Positions 47,437 through 56,165 of a stretch of 64,000 nt of DNA are shown here, in pieces. The notes under the pieces are model-generated. The model searched no databases, was not told the DNA's origin, and was given only the letters and a program-made list of their open reading frames with translations. Positions within the stretch are counted from its first letter, which is position 1, and each line of letters opens with the position of its first letter. The stretch comes from an uncultured Methanosarcinales archaeon. Lineage in GTDB: Archaea > Nanobdellota > Nanobdellia > Woesearchaeales > JAGVZT01. The translations under genes were made by a program, and so were the position numbers. The DNA lies in assembly GCA_964354685.1 (NCBI GenBank), contig CAYHAM010000002.1, forward strand, positions 71,058-135,057, read 5' to 3'.

Positions 47437-49023
47437 ATGCAGATTGAACCAATAACCAGTGTTTTGATATTGCTTTTAGTAGTATCGATTGTTTCAATAA
47501 TAGTTAGAAGAATAAAACTCCCATACAGTATTGCACTTGTTCTCACGGGGCTTGCTATGAGTTTCCTAGCAGTTTATCATGGAATAAAGCTAACACCAAC
47601 ACTACTATTCACAATATTCCTACCACCTCTCTTGTTTGAGGCTGCAATCAACATGAATGTTGAGCTAATGATTCGCTACAGAAAGTCAATCTCTATCCTC
47701 TCCTTTGCAGGAACCACACTCATCATTCTAATTGTTGGCGGATTGCTCCATCAATTATTGCATATTCCACTTGCCATTGCGCTTTTGTTTGGAGCATTGA
47801 TAAGCCCAACAGATCCAATATCTGTTCTCTCAATATTCAAAGAGTCAAGAATTAACCAAAGGCTAACCACAATTATAAGCTCTGAAGCTTTATTTAATAA
47901 TGGAGTTGGTGTAGTTTTCTTTAAGATTATATTGGCATTAGTTCTTGCTAACACACTTAATGTTGTTAATGGGTTATACATGTTTTTAACCTACACTTTT
48001 GGGGGGGTAATAATTGGGTTATTACTTGGTTATATTCTCTCAAAAATCATGGAAAAAATAGAAGATCACTTGGTTGAGATAGTACTAACAACAATAATTG
48101 CATATGGTAGTTATATTTTGGCAGAGAATCTACAAACATCAGGAGTCATGGCAGTTGTGGCTTCAGGGCTTGTGATAAGCTACTACAGCCCAAAGATATT
48201 CAATCCAACTGAAAAGGTTTCCATTATTGACTTCTGGAGTTATATAGCCTTTATACTCAACTCAATAATATTTTTATTAATAGGCCTTGAGATAAAAATA
48301 ACAACATTAATAAAATATTCAATCCCAATATTGATGGTAATAGCCATTGTCTTACTAAGCAGGGCAATTGTTGTTTATTTACTCTCAATAATTATCAATA
48401 AAGTGGGAAGGCACTTAAGCCTTTCATGGCAAACCATTATAGTCTGGTCAGGGATTTATGGCTCTCTCTCCATGGTACTTGCACTCGCACTACCAGAAAG
48501 CATTGCTGAGAGAGAATTATTATTAGCACTAACATTTGGAGTTGTTTTGTTCTCCATTGTTGTACAAGGGATGACATTAAAACCATTAATCAACTTTTTG
48601 AAACTAGGTAGCAAGCAAAAGCATGAGGAGTATGAGACCTATATTGGCCAGCTATTGGCAAACAAGGCAGCAACTGAAGAGCTTGACAGGCTTTATAAAA
48701 AAGGTTTAATAACAAAGGGGATATACAAAGATGCCAAGGGAGTATATGACAAGATTGATAGAAACACTGAATTCAGGATAAAAGATCTGCTTCAAAAACA
48801 CAAGTATCTTGAAAAAGATCAACTAAGGATTGTTCAGAGTGTTACCCTAGATGCAGGCAAGAACGCAATAAGACAAGCACACATGAATGATCTAATATCA
48901 GAAGATGTTATGAAGAAACTCATTGCCAAAATAGATGAAAAAATAACAGAACTAAGGAAATATGAGAATGGTAACGGAGAAGAAATCAAAGAAGAGATTA
49001 ATAATGAAAAAACTAGTGATTAA
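47437..49023 (+). CDS. Na+/H+ antiporter, CPA1 (NhaP-type) with C-terminal cytoplasmic regulatory domain
   Basis: 13 TM N-terminal region with FLPPLLFEAA and ISPTDPISVL (CPA1 TDP motif); soluble C-terminal ~140 aa. Confidence 0.8.
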   Translation: MQIEPITSVLILLLVVSIVSIIVRRIKLPYSIALVLTGLAMSFLAVYHGIKLTPTLLFTIFLPPLLFEAAINMNVELMIRYRKSISILSFAGTTLIILIVGGLLHQLLHIPLAIALLFGALISPTDPISVLSIFKESRINQRLTTIISSEALFNNGVGVVFFKIILALVLANTLNVVNGLYMFLTYTFGGVIIGLLLGYILSKIMEKIEDHLVEIVLTTIIAYGSYILAENLQTSGVMAVVASGLVISYYSPKIFNPTEKVSIIDFWSYIAFILNSIIFLLIGLEIKITTLIKYSIPILMVIAIVLLSRAIVVYLLSIIINKVGRHLSLSWQTIIVWSGIYGSLSMVLALALPESIAERELLLALTFGVVLFSIVVQGMTLKPLINFLKLGSKQKHEEYETYIGQLLANKAATEELDRLYKKGLITKGIYKDAKGVYDKIDRNTEFRIKDLLQKHKYLEKDQLRIVQSVTLDAGKNAIRQAHMNDLISEDVMKKLIAKIDEKITELRKYENGNGEEIKEEINNEKTSD

Positions 49024-49928
49024 ACCTTTGTCAGAATCCTAGCTTTATCCTTTTCTACAATTAAAGTATGCTCTGCCTGGCTAACAATGCCCTTAGCCTT
49101 ATCTGCCAAAGGTGGAAAGTCTCTAATAACATCATTGTTTAGCAACCTTTTCAAGGCAAAGTTAACCTTTAACGTGGTAAACTTTTTTAGTAACCAGCGC
49201 CTTGCAAAAGGCAAATGCTCATACTCTTCGATAAAAGCTAAAACCTCTCTTGTCACGTTATCTCTAACAGGCTTGTGCTCAATCATTTGAAATAGGGTTG
49301 CATTAGAAGTCTCAACTACAATGCCAGCTCCTGTTGATGCAAAAGGCTCTATTGCTATAATCTGGCCTTCTTCTAACCTGGTTTTGTCATTAGTTGCTGT
49401 GTTAGGGATTGTGGGAGGGCTATGAACATCATACTCATCCAAGCCATGACCACTAAGATTCCTAATTGGTGCAAACCCATACCCTGAAATTGTTTCTTGA
49501 ATTATTTTACCTATCTCACCAAGTGTAACACCAGCCTTAACAATCTTTATTGCATTATTCAAAGCATCTCTTGACGCTTTCACCAATTCAGAATAATTGC
49601 CAGACAAATCAACAGTGCAAGCAGTGTCACCAATAAACCCATCCACATGCACTCCAACATCAAGCTTAACAACCTGGTCCTCAAAAATAATCTTATCATC
49701 AGCATCTGGATAAAAATGGGCGGCAACATGATTCAAAGACATCTGAGTGGGAAAAGCAAGTTTGCCTCCATTTTTAATAATAAACCCCTCAATCTTGTCA
49801 GTAACTTCAAGCAAAGAATTCCCTTTTTTAATCAAACCCTTGCCATAATCAATAGCGCTTGCTGCTATTTGCCCAGCCTTTTCATACTTCTCAAGCTCTT
49901 TTTTCTCCATTTTAGCTCTAGAAAACAC
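49020..49928 (-). CDS. map: Methionine aminopeptidase, type 2 (archaeal)
   Basis: AFPTQMSLNHVAAHFYP, VKLDVGVHVDGFIGD, inserted helical subdomain; ~300 aa. Confidence 0.85.
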   Translation of the reverse strand: MFSRAKMEKKELEKYEKAGQIAASAIDYGKGLIKKGNSLLEVTDKIEGFIIKNGGKLAFPTQMSLNHVAAHFYPDADDKIIFEDQVVKLDVGVHVDGFIGDTACTVDLSGNYSELVKASRDALNNAIKIVKAGVTLGEIGKIIQETISGYGFAPIRNLSGHGLDEYDVHSPPTIPNTATNDKTRLEEGQIIAIEPFASTGAGIVVETSNATLFQMIEHKPVRDNVTREVLAFIEEYEHLPFARRWLLKKFTTLKVNFALKRLLNNDVIRDFPPLADKAKGIVSQAEHTLIVEKDKARILTKV

Positions 49929-49997
49929 AAAATTATATATAGTTATCGAAAATTTTATTAGTTAGAAGCAAATATGTATATGAAAAAGGGGTGAAAC

Positions 49998-50801
49998 ATG
50001 GAGTTTAAGATAGAGAAACACGAACTCAAGAAGAAAAAGGAACAAAAAAAGGATGACCTTGACATTGCATATAAATTTACAAACAAAATCTACACAGAGT
50101 TTGGTGAGTTTGTAAAAGGTGTTGTTTTGTTTGGAAGCTCTGCAAGAAAAGATATAAATCCAGGAGATATTGATATTCTGATAATAGTTGATGATGTTAG
50201 CCTAAATCTAACAGAAGATGTTGCTGAAACCTATAGAATCATTGTTGAAAAATGTATTGCAGACACTTCCTTAAAGCTCCATGTAACAACATTGAAGTTC
50301 AGCTCTTTTTGGGAATACATGCGTGCAGGAGACCCTGTTGGGGTTAATATCTTAAGAGAAGGCATTCCCTTAGTAGATTCAGGCTTTTTCAGGCCAATGC
50401 AGCTTTTGCTTCAACAAGGCAGGATAAGGCCAACACCAGAATCAATATGGACATACTTCTCAAAAGCACCAGTCACCTTGCACAACTCAAAATGGCATTT
50501 ATTGCAGGCAACCCTTGATTTGTACTGGGCTGTAATTGATTCTGCTCATGCAGCCTTAATGAGTCTAGATGAGATCCCACCAAGCCCAGACCATGTTGCT
50601 GACCTAATAGAGCAAAGAATGGTAAAACCAGGGCTAATAGATAAAAAATACGCAACAACAATGAGAAATTTTTATAATATATCAAAGATGATTTTGCATC
50701 GCGAGATAAAAGAGATTGAAGGAGCAGAGTTTGATGGCTATTTTAAAGAAGCCTTTGAGTTTGTGAAAGTGATGAAGGAGTTTATTGAAAAAAAGAAATA
50801 G
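49998..50801 (+). CDS. Nucleotidyltransferase-domain protein (Pol-beta superfamily) with C-terminal helical (HEPN-like) domain
   Basis: LFGSSARKDINPGDIDILIIVDD NTase motif. Confidence 0.65.
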   Translation: MEFKIEKHELKKKKEQKKDDLDIAYKFTNKIYTEFGEFVKGVVLFGSSARKDINPGDIDILIIVDDVSLNLTEDVAETYRIIVEKCIADTSLKLHVTTLKFSSFWEYMRAGDPVGVNILREGIPLVDSGFFRPMQLLLQQGRIRPTPESIWTYFSKAPVTLHNSKWHLLQATLDLYWAVIDSAHAALMSLDEIPPSPDHVADLIEQRMVKPGLIDKKYATTMRNFYNISKMILHREIKEIEGAEFDGYFKEAFEFVKVMKEFIEKKK

Positions 50802-50831
50802 ATTTATACTAATTCTGGTTTTAATGCTTTA

Positions 50832-51392
50832 ATGACCTTTGACAACCAAAAAAAACTAGCTTTGGGCAAAAAAGACAAATCTGACAAAGGCCAAATTGAC
50901 AAAAGAATAAAACCCTTCGTGGATTTGATTAACTCTAAAAGGGATTACTACACAACAAGCTCATGCTCTGGCCGCATAGGAATATTAACAGAAGGCTCCA
51001 AAGGCCAAGCTAAGTGGATATTCAAAAGCCATGAGCCAGTAAAGTTAGAGCAAATAAAAGGGAGTTTAGAAAATCAAAACAACCAAAAGCTCTGGTTCAG
51101 GCAAGAGTCACTTATACTCCATGTATGTTGTAGGGATATTAAATCAGCACAAAAGCTTCTTAAAACAACACAGAAAGCAGGCTTCAAAAGAACAGGGATA
51201 ATAGGCATAGACAAAAGAGTAATAGTTGAAGTAAAAAGCGATGAAACTATTAATACAATCCTCTACAACAACACATCGCTAATGCCACAAGAATACATGA
51301 AAGTTATGATAAAAGAGGCTAACAAAAAACTAAAAAACAATTTTAAGAGAATAAAAAAATTAGAAAAAGAGATTAAAAAAATTACTTTCTAG
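50832..51392 (+). CDS. taw3: tRNA wybutosine-synthesizing protein 3 homolog (Tyw3/Taw3, DUF207)
   Basis: YYTTSSCSGRIGIL contains the family-defining SCSGR motif; ~190 aa. Confidence 0.7.
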   Translation: MTFDNQKKLALGKKDKSDKGQIDKRIKPFVDLINSKRDYYTTSSCSGRIGILTEGSKGQAKWIFKSHEPVKLEQIKGSLENQNNQKLWFRQESLILHVCCRDIKSAQKLLKTTQKAGFKRTGIIGIDKRVIVEVKSDETINTILYNNTSLMPQEYMKVMIKEANKKLKNNFKRIKKLEKEIKKITF

Positions 51393-52992
51393 TCACCAAC
51401 TTCACTATCAAAAACACTATTCCCAAAATCAACAGTACATTAACCAAGACTAATCCAACAAGGTAAACATTATCAAGACTTAGCAAAGGTTTCTCCTCCT
51501 CTTCTACTGGAATAACAACTCCACCTTCTGAAGGAGGCACAACAATAACCTCACCCTCTGCTTCAGCTTCTGCCTCGGCCTCTGCTTCTCCCTCTCCGCT
51601 CACACACTTCTGAACAATTAAGTTCACACTTCCAGTGTTTGAAACATCTTGGTCATCAAAGTTATCCATATCAAAGTAGGTGTTTAACCTTATTGAATAT
51701 GTTCCAGGCGCAACATCACTCATTATATGCAATGGGTACTCTAGGCTTTTACTATCTCCATCATTAAGATCGATATCATAATCCTGGATTGATATGCCCA
51801 ATGTGGTTTGCTTTGCCTCAAACACAATCTTATTAGATTTTTTAGAGCCAGAATTTGTTACCTTAACCCTCAACACAGAATCCCTCTCACAACTAATAGT
51901 AGAAGGCTCCATTGAAAAACTTGAAATCCTTATATCTTCTCTTTCCTTCTCAACATCCAAGAAAACTGTCCATGTAACCTCGTGATTATTATTATTCTCA
52001 TCCTCACCCTTAACCTCTATTATAACATCGTGCTTACCTTCCTCAATCTCTGTTGGAATTGTTCCTAAATCCACTGTTACTATTTCCTCATCATCATAGT
52101 TAATATCAAATGAGTCACTATCCCAAGATTCATCACCATCATCATCCCAATCCTTAACAGTTATTGTTATCTCATCCTGAATATCAACCTCTTCCTCATC
52201 AGTATCCCCAGAGTATAGGTTTTTAACCGTGATCTCAAACTTTAATGACTCATCAGGCTTTGCATTAAAAGTGTCTCTATCATCAAGTCTATCACTATTA
52301 TCCTCTACAAAGACCTCAACCTTGTTAATATCTAACATCGATTTCATATTAACATTTATGCTGAAAACAGCACTAGCTATTGCATTGCTTGAATCCTTAA
52401 CTTCTACAGTACAATGGGTTACTCCATCCCAAGACTCATCAGAACCACGGCTTGCAGTTAAAGTATTACCAGATATACTACACTCTGCCCTTGAAGAATT
52501 TTCACTTGTAGCAGAGGTAGGAGTTGGAATCTCTCCATCAGGATCAGAAGCAGATATTGTAATACTAGCTTCATCCTCATCAGAATTAATTGTTATTGTC
52601 CCTGGAGTTACTGTAGGTGGAGAATTTAGTATAGTTACTGTTGTATTCGTCCATAAGGTATAATTGGCTCCGTCAAAACATCTCACAGACCCTTTCCAAA
52701 CCTCTCCTTTAGCTGTTAAAGTATCATCAACAGTGGTAATTAATGTATTTACACCACTTGAAACAGAATTACTTCCAGATGTTTGTGAAACATCATTTTT
52801 GTAAATTACATATTCTGCTGTTAATGTGCTATTATCAGAGTCTGTACATATAGCATTAAGACTTAAATCTACTGTTGTATTTGCAACAGCTGGTGTTAAA
52901 CTTACACCACTTATTGTTGGTGGAACTGCGTATACAGTCAAAGCCAAAATCAAAAACACTAACACCCCTAACAAGATCTTGTTTATCTTCAT
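51382..52992 (-). CDS. Cell-surface protein: signal peptide, beta-rich repeats, acidic EAEAEAEAEAEGE linker, C-terminal TM anchor + basic tail
   Basis: MKINKILLGVLVFLILALTVYA...; C-terminus PLLSLDNVYLVGLVLVNVLLILGIVFLIVKLVTRK. Confidence 0.65.
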   Translation of the reverse strand: MKINKILLGVLVFLILALTVYAVPPTISGVSLTPAVANTTVDLSLNAICTDSDNSTLTAEYVIYKNDVSQTSGSNSVSSGVNTLITTVDDTLTAKGEVWKGSVRCFDGANYTLWTNTTVTILNSPPTVTPGTITINSDEDEASITISASDPDGEIPTPTSATSENSSRAECSISGNTLTASRGSDESWDGVTHCTVEVKDSSNAIASAVFSINVNMKSMLDINKVEVFVEDNSDRLDDRDTFNAKPDESLKFEITVKNLYSGDTDEEEVDIQDEITITVKDWDDDGDESWDSDSFDINYDDEEIVTVDLGTIPTEIEEGKHDVIIEVKGEDENNNNHEVTWTVFLDVEKEREDIRISSFSMEPSTISCERDSVLRVKVTNSGSKKSNKIVFEAKQTTLGISIQDYDIDLNDGDSKSLEYPLHIMSDVAPGTYSIRLNTYFDMDNFDDQDVSNTGSVNLIVQKCVSGEGEAEAEAEAEAEGEVIVVPPSEGGVVIPVEEEEKPLLSLDNVYLVGLVLVNVLLILGIVFLIVKLVTRK

Positions 52993-53186
52993 TTTTTAAC
53001 CCCCGTATTTATGTTGTACAACATATATGATTGAGTATATATTTTCTATTAATTAGTTACTATACTAAGTTAGTTCTCTAAAGTAGTATATAAATTTTTC
53101 GGTAGTTGCAATATATATTAAGCCAAATATATGAAAAAACCCAACAAAAGATATAAGCAAAGCTCAAAACTAAACAATAGGGGATT

Positions 53187-54194
53187 ATGCCAAAAAAAAA
53201 CTCTTTTAGGATATTTGCAAACCGCTCAGGCATATATATGGGAAACAGGATTTGCAAAGCCCTAGCAAAAAGAAGAGAAAAAACCATACTCGAGCTTCCA
53301 CAAGTTCAAGATTTTGCAGTTGGTGAATCAAAGGTTGTTCTAAAAAACTCTGTCAGAGCAAGCAATATATTCCTTATCCAAAGCCCAATAAACAAATTTA
53401 CAACAAGAAGCATACATGATGAATTGTTTGAAACCCTTATGACTATAGATACAATGAAAGGCTGCGGTGCATCAAAGATTGTTCTAATAATGCCTTGCTT
53501 GCCATACACAAGGCAGGACAAGCGCTTTGGAAGAGAGCCTTGCACAGCATCTATAATTGCCCAATTGCTTAGCAATGCAGGCATTGACCATATAATAACA
53601 GTTGACATCCATGCAGACCAAATATTAGAATACTTCAAAATACTCGGAGTACAAGCAGATGGATTATATGCATCTCCTATATTAATTAGTTACATAAAAA
53701 GAAACTTCAAAAAAGAAAACCTATGGATATTAAGCCCTGATGCAGGTGGCTTGAAAAGGGCAATGTTCTATGCAAACAAGCTCGGAGCAAAGGTAGCAGT
53801 AGCTGCAAAATCAAGATCATATGAAAAGAGCAATTTTATAGATGAAGTCCACATCCTTGGAGATCTGCACGGAGGTGATGTTATAATAGTAGATGACATG
53901 GTGGACACAGGAGGAACTGTTTGCAAGGTTATTGAAAAACTACATAAGCAAGGTGTCAATAGTGTCAGTATTTGCACTGCACACCCATTGCTCAGCCCTC
54001 CAGCAGTACCAAGGCTAGACAAACTACACAGCGAGGGAAAACTAGACAAACTCATTGCAACTGATTCCATCTTTTACCCAATTGCCTTCCACAATTTACA
54101 TCCATGGTTTGTACAACTACCACTAGCACCATTGCTGGCAGATGTGATATTAGCAATACATAAAGGAGAATCAATAAGTAAGTTCTATTTGTAA
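53187..54194 (+). CDS. prs: Ribose-phosphate pyrophosphokinase (PRPP synthetase); alternative in-frame start ATG 53238
   Basis: HADQ, DIHADQILEYF, VIIVDDMVDTGGTVCKV (PRPP-binding loop). Confidence 0.85.
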   Translation: MPKKNSFRIFANRSGIYMGNRICKALAKRREKTILELPQVQDFAVGESKVVLKNSVRASNIFLIQSPINKFTTRSIHDELFETLMTIDTMKGCGASKIVLIMPCLPYTRQDKRFGREPCTASIIAQLLSNAGIDHIITVDIHADQILEYFKILGVQADGLYASPILISYIKRNFKKENLWILSPDAGGLKRAMFYANKLGAKVAVAAKSRSYEKSNFIDEVHILGDLHGGDVIIVDDMVDTGGTVCKVIEKLHKQGVNSVSICTAHPLLSPPAVPRLDKLHSEGKLDKLIATDSIFYPIAFHNLHPWFVQLPLAPLLADVILAIHKGESISKFYL

Positions 54195-54204
54195 TTTAAA
54201 GGTA

Positions 54205-54753
54205 ATGTCTATGGAGCTAAGTATTTTTACAAAACAAAGAGAATTGGTAAGAGCAACAGTTGACTCTTTCGATGATTGGAACAACATAGAGGTTGCCACA
54301 CTTCTTGAACCAAGTAAAGATCTCCTTGAATTGTTTAAAAGAAATGGTCAATCATTTGAGATTGTTGACTATCATGGTATCTCTTGTTGTGTTATGCATC
54401 GAGACCTATATTTTTATCATCCACCATTATCAGCAAAATCATCAGGGTCTAAGGCTATATACTATGCGCGAAGCATGGTTAAGATGGATGGTCTTCTACT
54501 ACAATACCTTCCTCCACAAACAATCACATCAAAACATTATCATACAGCAAAAATCGAAACTTATCACAATCTTGAAGGTCGTTGTTTGATTGAGGTTGAT
54601 GGTGAAGACATCTTGCTTGAACAATCTAGTCACAAAATACCACCAAATGTTGTCCATCAAGTAAGAACAGAAGATGATGCATCCTTAACACTCTTGGAAA
54701 TCATTGGTGATCCAAATGGCCTTAGCATGGATGACCACCATTATGTAGAATAA
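54205..54753 (+). CDS. Cupin-domain protein
   Basis: HYHTAKIETYHNLEGRCLIEVDGE ... HKIPPNVVHQVR (two-motif cupin pattern). Confidence 0.55.
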   Translation: MSMELSIFTKQRELVRATVDSFDDWNNIEVATLLEPSKDLLELFKRNGQSFEIVDYHGISCCVMHRDLYFYHPPLSAKSSGSKAIYYARSMVKMDGLLLQYLPPQTITSKHYHTAKIETYHNLEGRCLIEVDGEDILLEQSSHKIPPNVVHQVRTEDDASLTLLEIIGDPNGLSMDDHHYVE

Positions 54754-55365
54754 TTAATTTTGGTCATTTATCCCAACCAAACTATCAAAACTCTTCAAAA
54801 CAGAAAACTTAATCTCAGGATGTTTTTTCTCCAATTTGTTTAACATTTCTCTTATATCCTTATTGTAAGGCTTTGATTTTTTGTATTTGAATCCCTTTAT
54901 TTTTGCAAAGATCTCTATCTCTTTATCTGACACATTCCTCAAAAGTTTTATTCTCAATGGCTTCTTTGGTTTTTCAAACTCAAGCTTGCCAAACATCTTG
55001 CTCAGAAAATACTCAACCTCATCCTCAAGACTCCATGGCAAAACAATTTTATTAACAGCATCTGTTTTTACAATTGTTTTTAGCTTTTTCTCACTAATGT
55101 TAAATCTATTTTCAACCTCAAAAACAAGAAATGTAACAGGCAAGTGCTTCAAAATACTTCTTAACAAGTATTGGCTAACAAGGCTCTCCTTTGTTTTATC
55201 ATTCAATATCAAGATGTGATCCTTTCTTGAAAAGAGCTTTCTTAGCCTTACCTCCTTTCTAACCCTTTTCTCTATAAGCTTTAGAAAGCAGCCATCACAA
55301 AGCCTGCCTGGGACATGACCCAGTCTGATGCTTGCAGCCTTTTTCTTACATTTAAAACAATTCAT
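54754..55365 (-). CDS. Zn-ribbon protein resembling the N-terminus of Ncs6/TtuA tRNA-thiolation enzymes but with a degenerate PP-loop (Ncs2/Ctu2-like?)
   Basis: MNCFKCKKKAASIRLGHVPGRLCDGCF...VRKEV...HILILNDKTKESLVS where SGGKDS would be expected. Confidence 0.35.
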   Translation of the reverse strand: MNCFKCKKKAASIRLGHVPGRLCDGCFLKLIEKRVRKEVRLRKLFSRKDHILILNDKTKESLVSQYLLRSILKHLPVTFLVFEVENRFNISEKKLKTIVKTDAVNKIVLPWSLEDEVEYFLSKMFGKLEFEKPKKPLRIKLLRNVSDKEIEIFAKIKGFKYKKSKPYNKDIREMLNKLEKKHPEIKFSVLKSFDSLVGINDQN

Positions 55366-55520
55366 GGTTTTTATATATAAAAGCCCACATGTTAAAGGTA
55401 TGTTACCACTCTACAACACTCAAAAACGAAAAGTATTTATATAAGTTATATCTACTAACAAGTAGAAATTAAAAATTTCATTTCAAAGTAACAATGGATT
55501 AAGGGGGTGGTTCGTTTCTC

Positions 55521-55660
55521 AGCCCGTTTATAATCTATCACCTCTTTTTCCTGGGAAAAACTCTTCGGAGTTTTTCCTGGGTTTTAAATCCTGATCACCT
55601 CTTTTTCCCGCGAAGGTTCTCAGCAATGGGAACCTTCAAGGGTTTTAAACAAAATTCTAT
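55521..55660 (+). repeat. Tandem hairpin modules: 2 x [ATCACCTCTTTTTCC + self-complementary 29/33-nt insert + GTTTTAAA]; CRISPR-like in layout but more likely tandem terminator-like/structured RNA units
   Basis: Insert 1 tgggaaaaactc-TTCG-gagtttttcctgg (10-bp stem, UUCG loop); insert 2 aaggttc-tcagcaatgg-gaacctt; flanking 28-mer GTTTTAAATCCTGATCACCTCTTTTTCC present once intact and twice degenerate. Confidence 0.5.
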
Positions 55661-55737
55661 GAATCTCTTTTTTTTGTACAATCTTTAAAAGGATTCAATT
55701 ATGCTAAGTTTTTCAATTATTATAATATATATTCTCA

Positions 55738-55906
55738 AGAAAAAATCCAGCCAACCATGGCTTCGACGGCCAACTTTTCTCCTTTATACAAAACGAGATT
55801 GTCGAAAAGCTTGTCCTATTCCACAAAATTTGCTTCAGGCTTTTATTCTCAGATTAACTAAGCCTTTGCAAATTTTGCTCCATCTCGCCATGGCTGGATT
55901 TTTTAT
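55738..55906 (+). ncRNA. Long hairpin element unit 1 (~169 nt; arms aaaaaatccagccaaccatggc / gccatggctggatttttt)
   Basis: Terminal inverted repeat seen directly; paralogous to the adjacent unit 2; in an 800-bp gene-free region. Confidence 0.4.
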
Positions 55907-55914
55907 TAAATGAG

Positions 55915-56081
55915 GCAACAACAATGGCGGTCGGCGAGCCGGGGGTTGTCCCTTACGGGGCACTTGGAAACACGGAGTGTTTCCGGTGTGCTCAGAAATC
56001 TCCGATTTCTGACATGGCGAGTAGGACAAATCGTAGCGAAGCGAAGATTTGGCCGTCGACCCGCCATTATTGTTGTTGCCG
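55915..56081 (+). ncRNA. Long hairpin element unit 2 (~167 nt, GC-rich; arms ggcaacaacaatggcggtcggcgagcc / ggccgtcgacccgccattattgttgttgcc)
   Basis: ~28-bp imperfect closing stem; internal hairpins ggaaacac-gga-gtgtttcc and cagaaatc-tcc-gatttctg. Confidence 0.4.
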
Positions 56082-56165
56082 AATTAATCTTTAGTTTATA
56101 TTATTTAATCATCAACACAAGAATAAGCTAAATCATCGCGAATATTATTAATAATCAAATAAAAT

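Noticed and set aside
55521-55660. Possible CRISPR array (28-nt repeat GTTTTAAATCCTGATCACCTCTTTTTCC with 29- and 33-nt spacers)
   Set aside because: Only one intact repeat plus two degenerate ones, both 'spacers' are perfect hairpins (one with a UUCG tetraloop), and no cas genes are in the window. Kept as a structured repeat and not called CRISPR.
55701-56131. Three overlapping small ORFs (70, 64, 73 aa) in the 800-bp gene-free region
   Set aside because: They lie across long inverted repeats and stems of the tandem hairpin units. The Arg/Pro-rich compositions come from GC-rich palindromic DNA.
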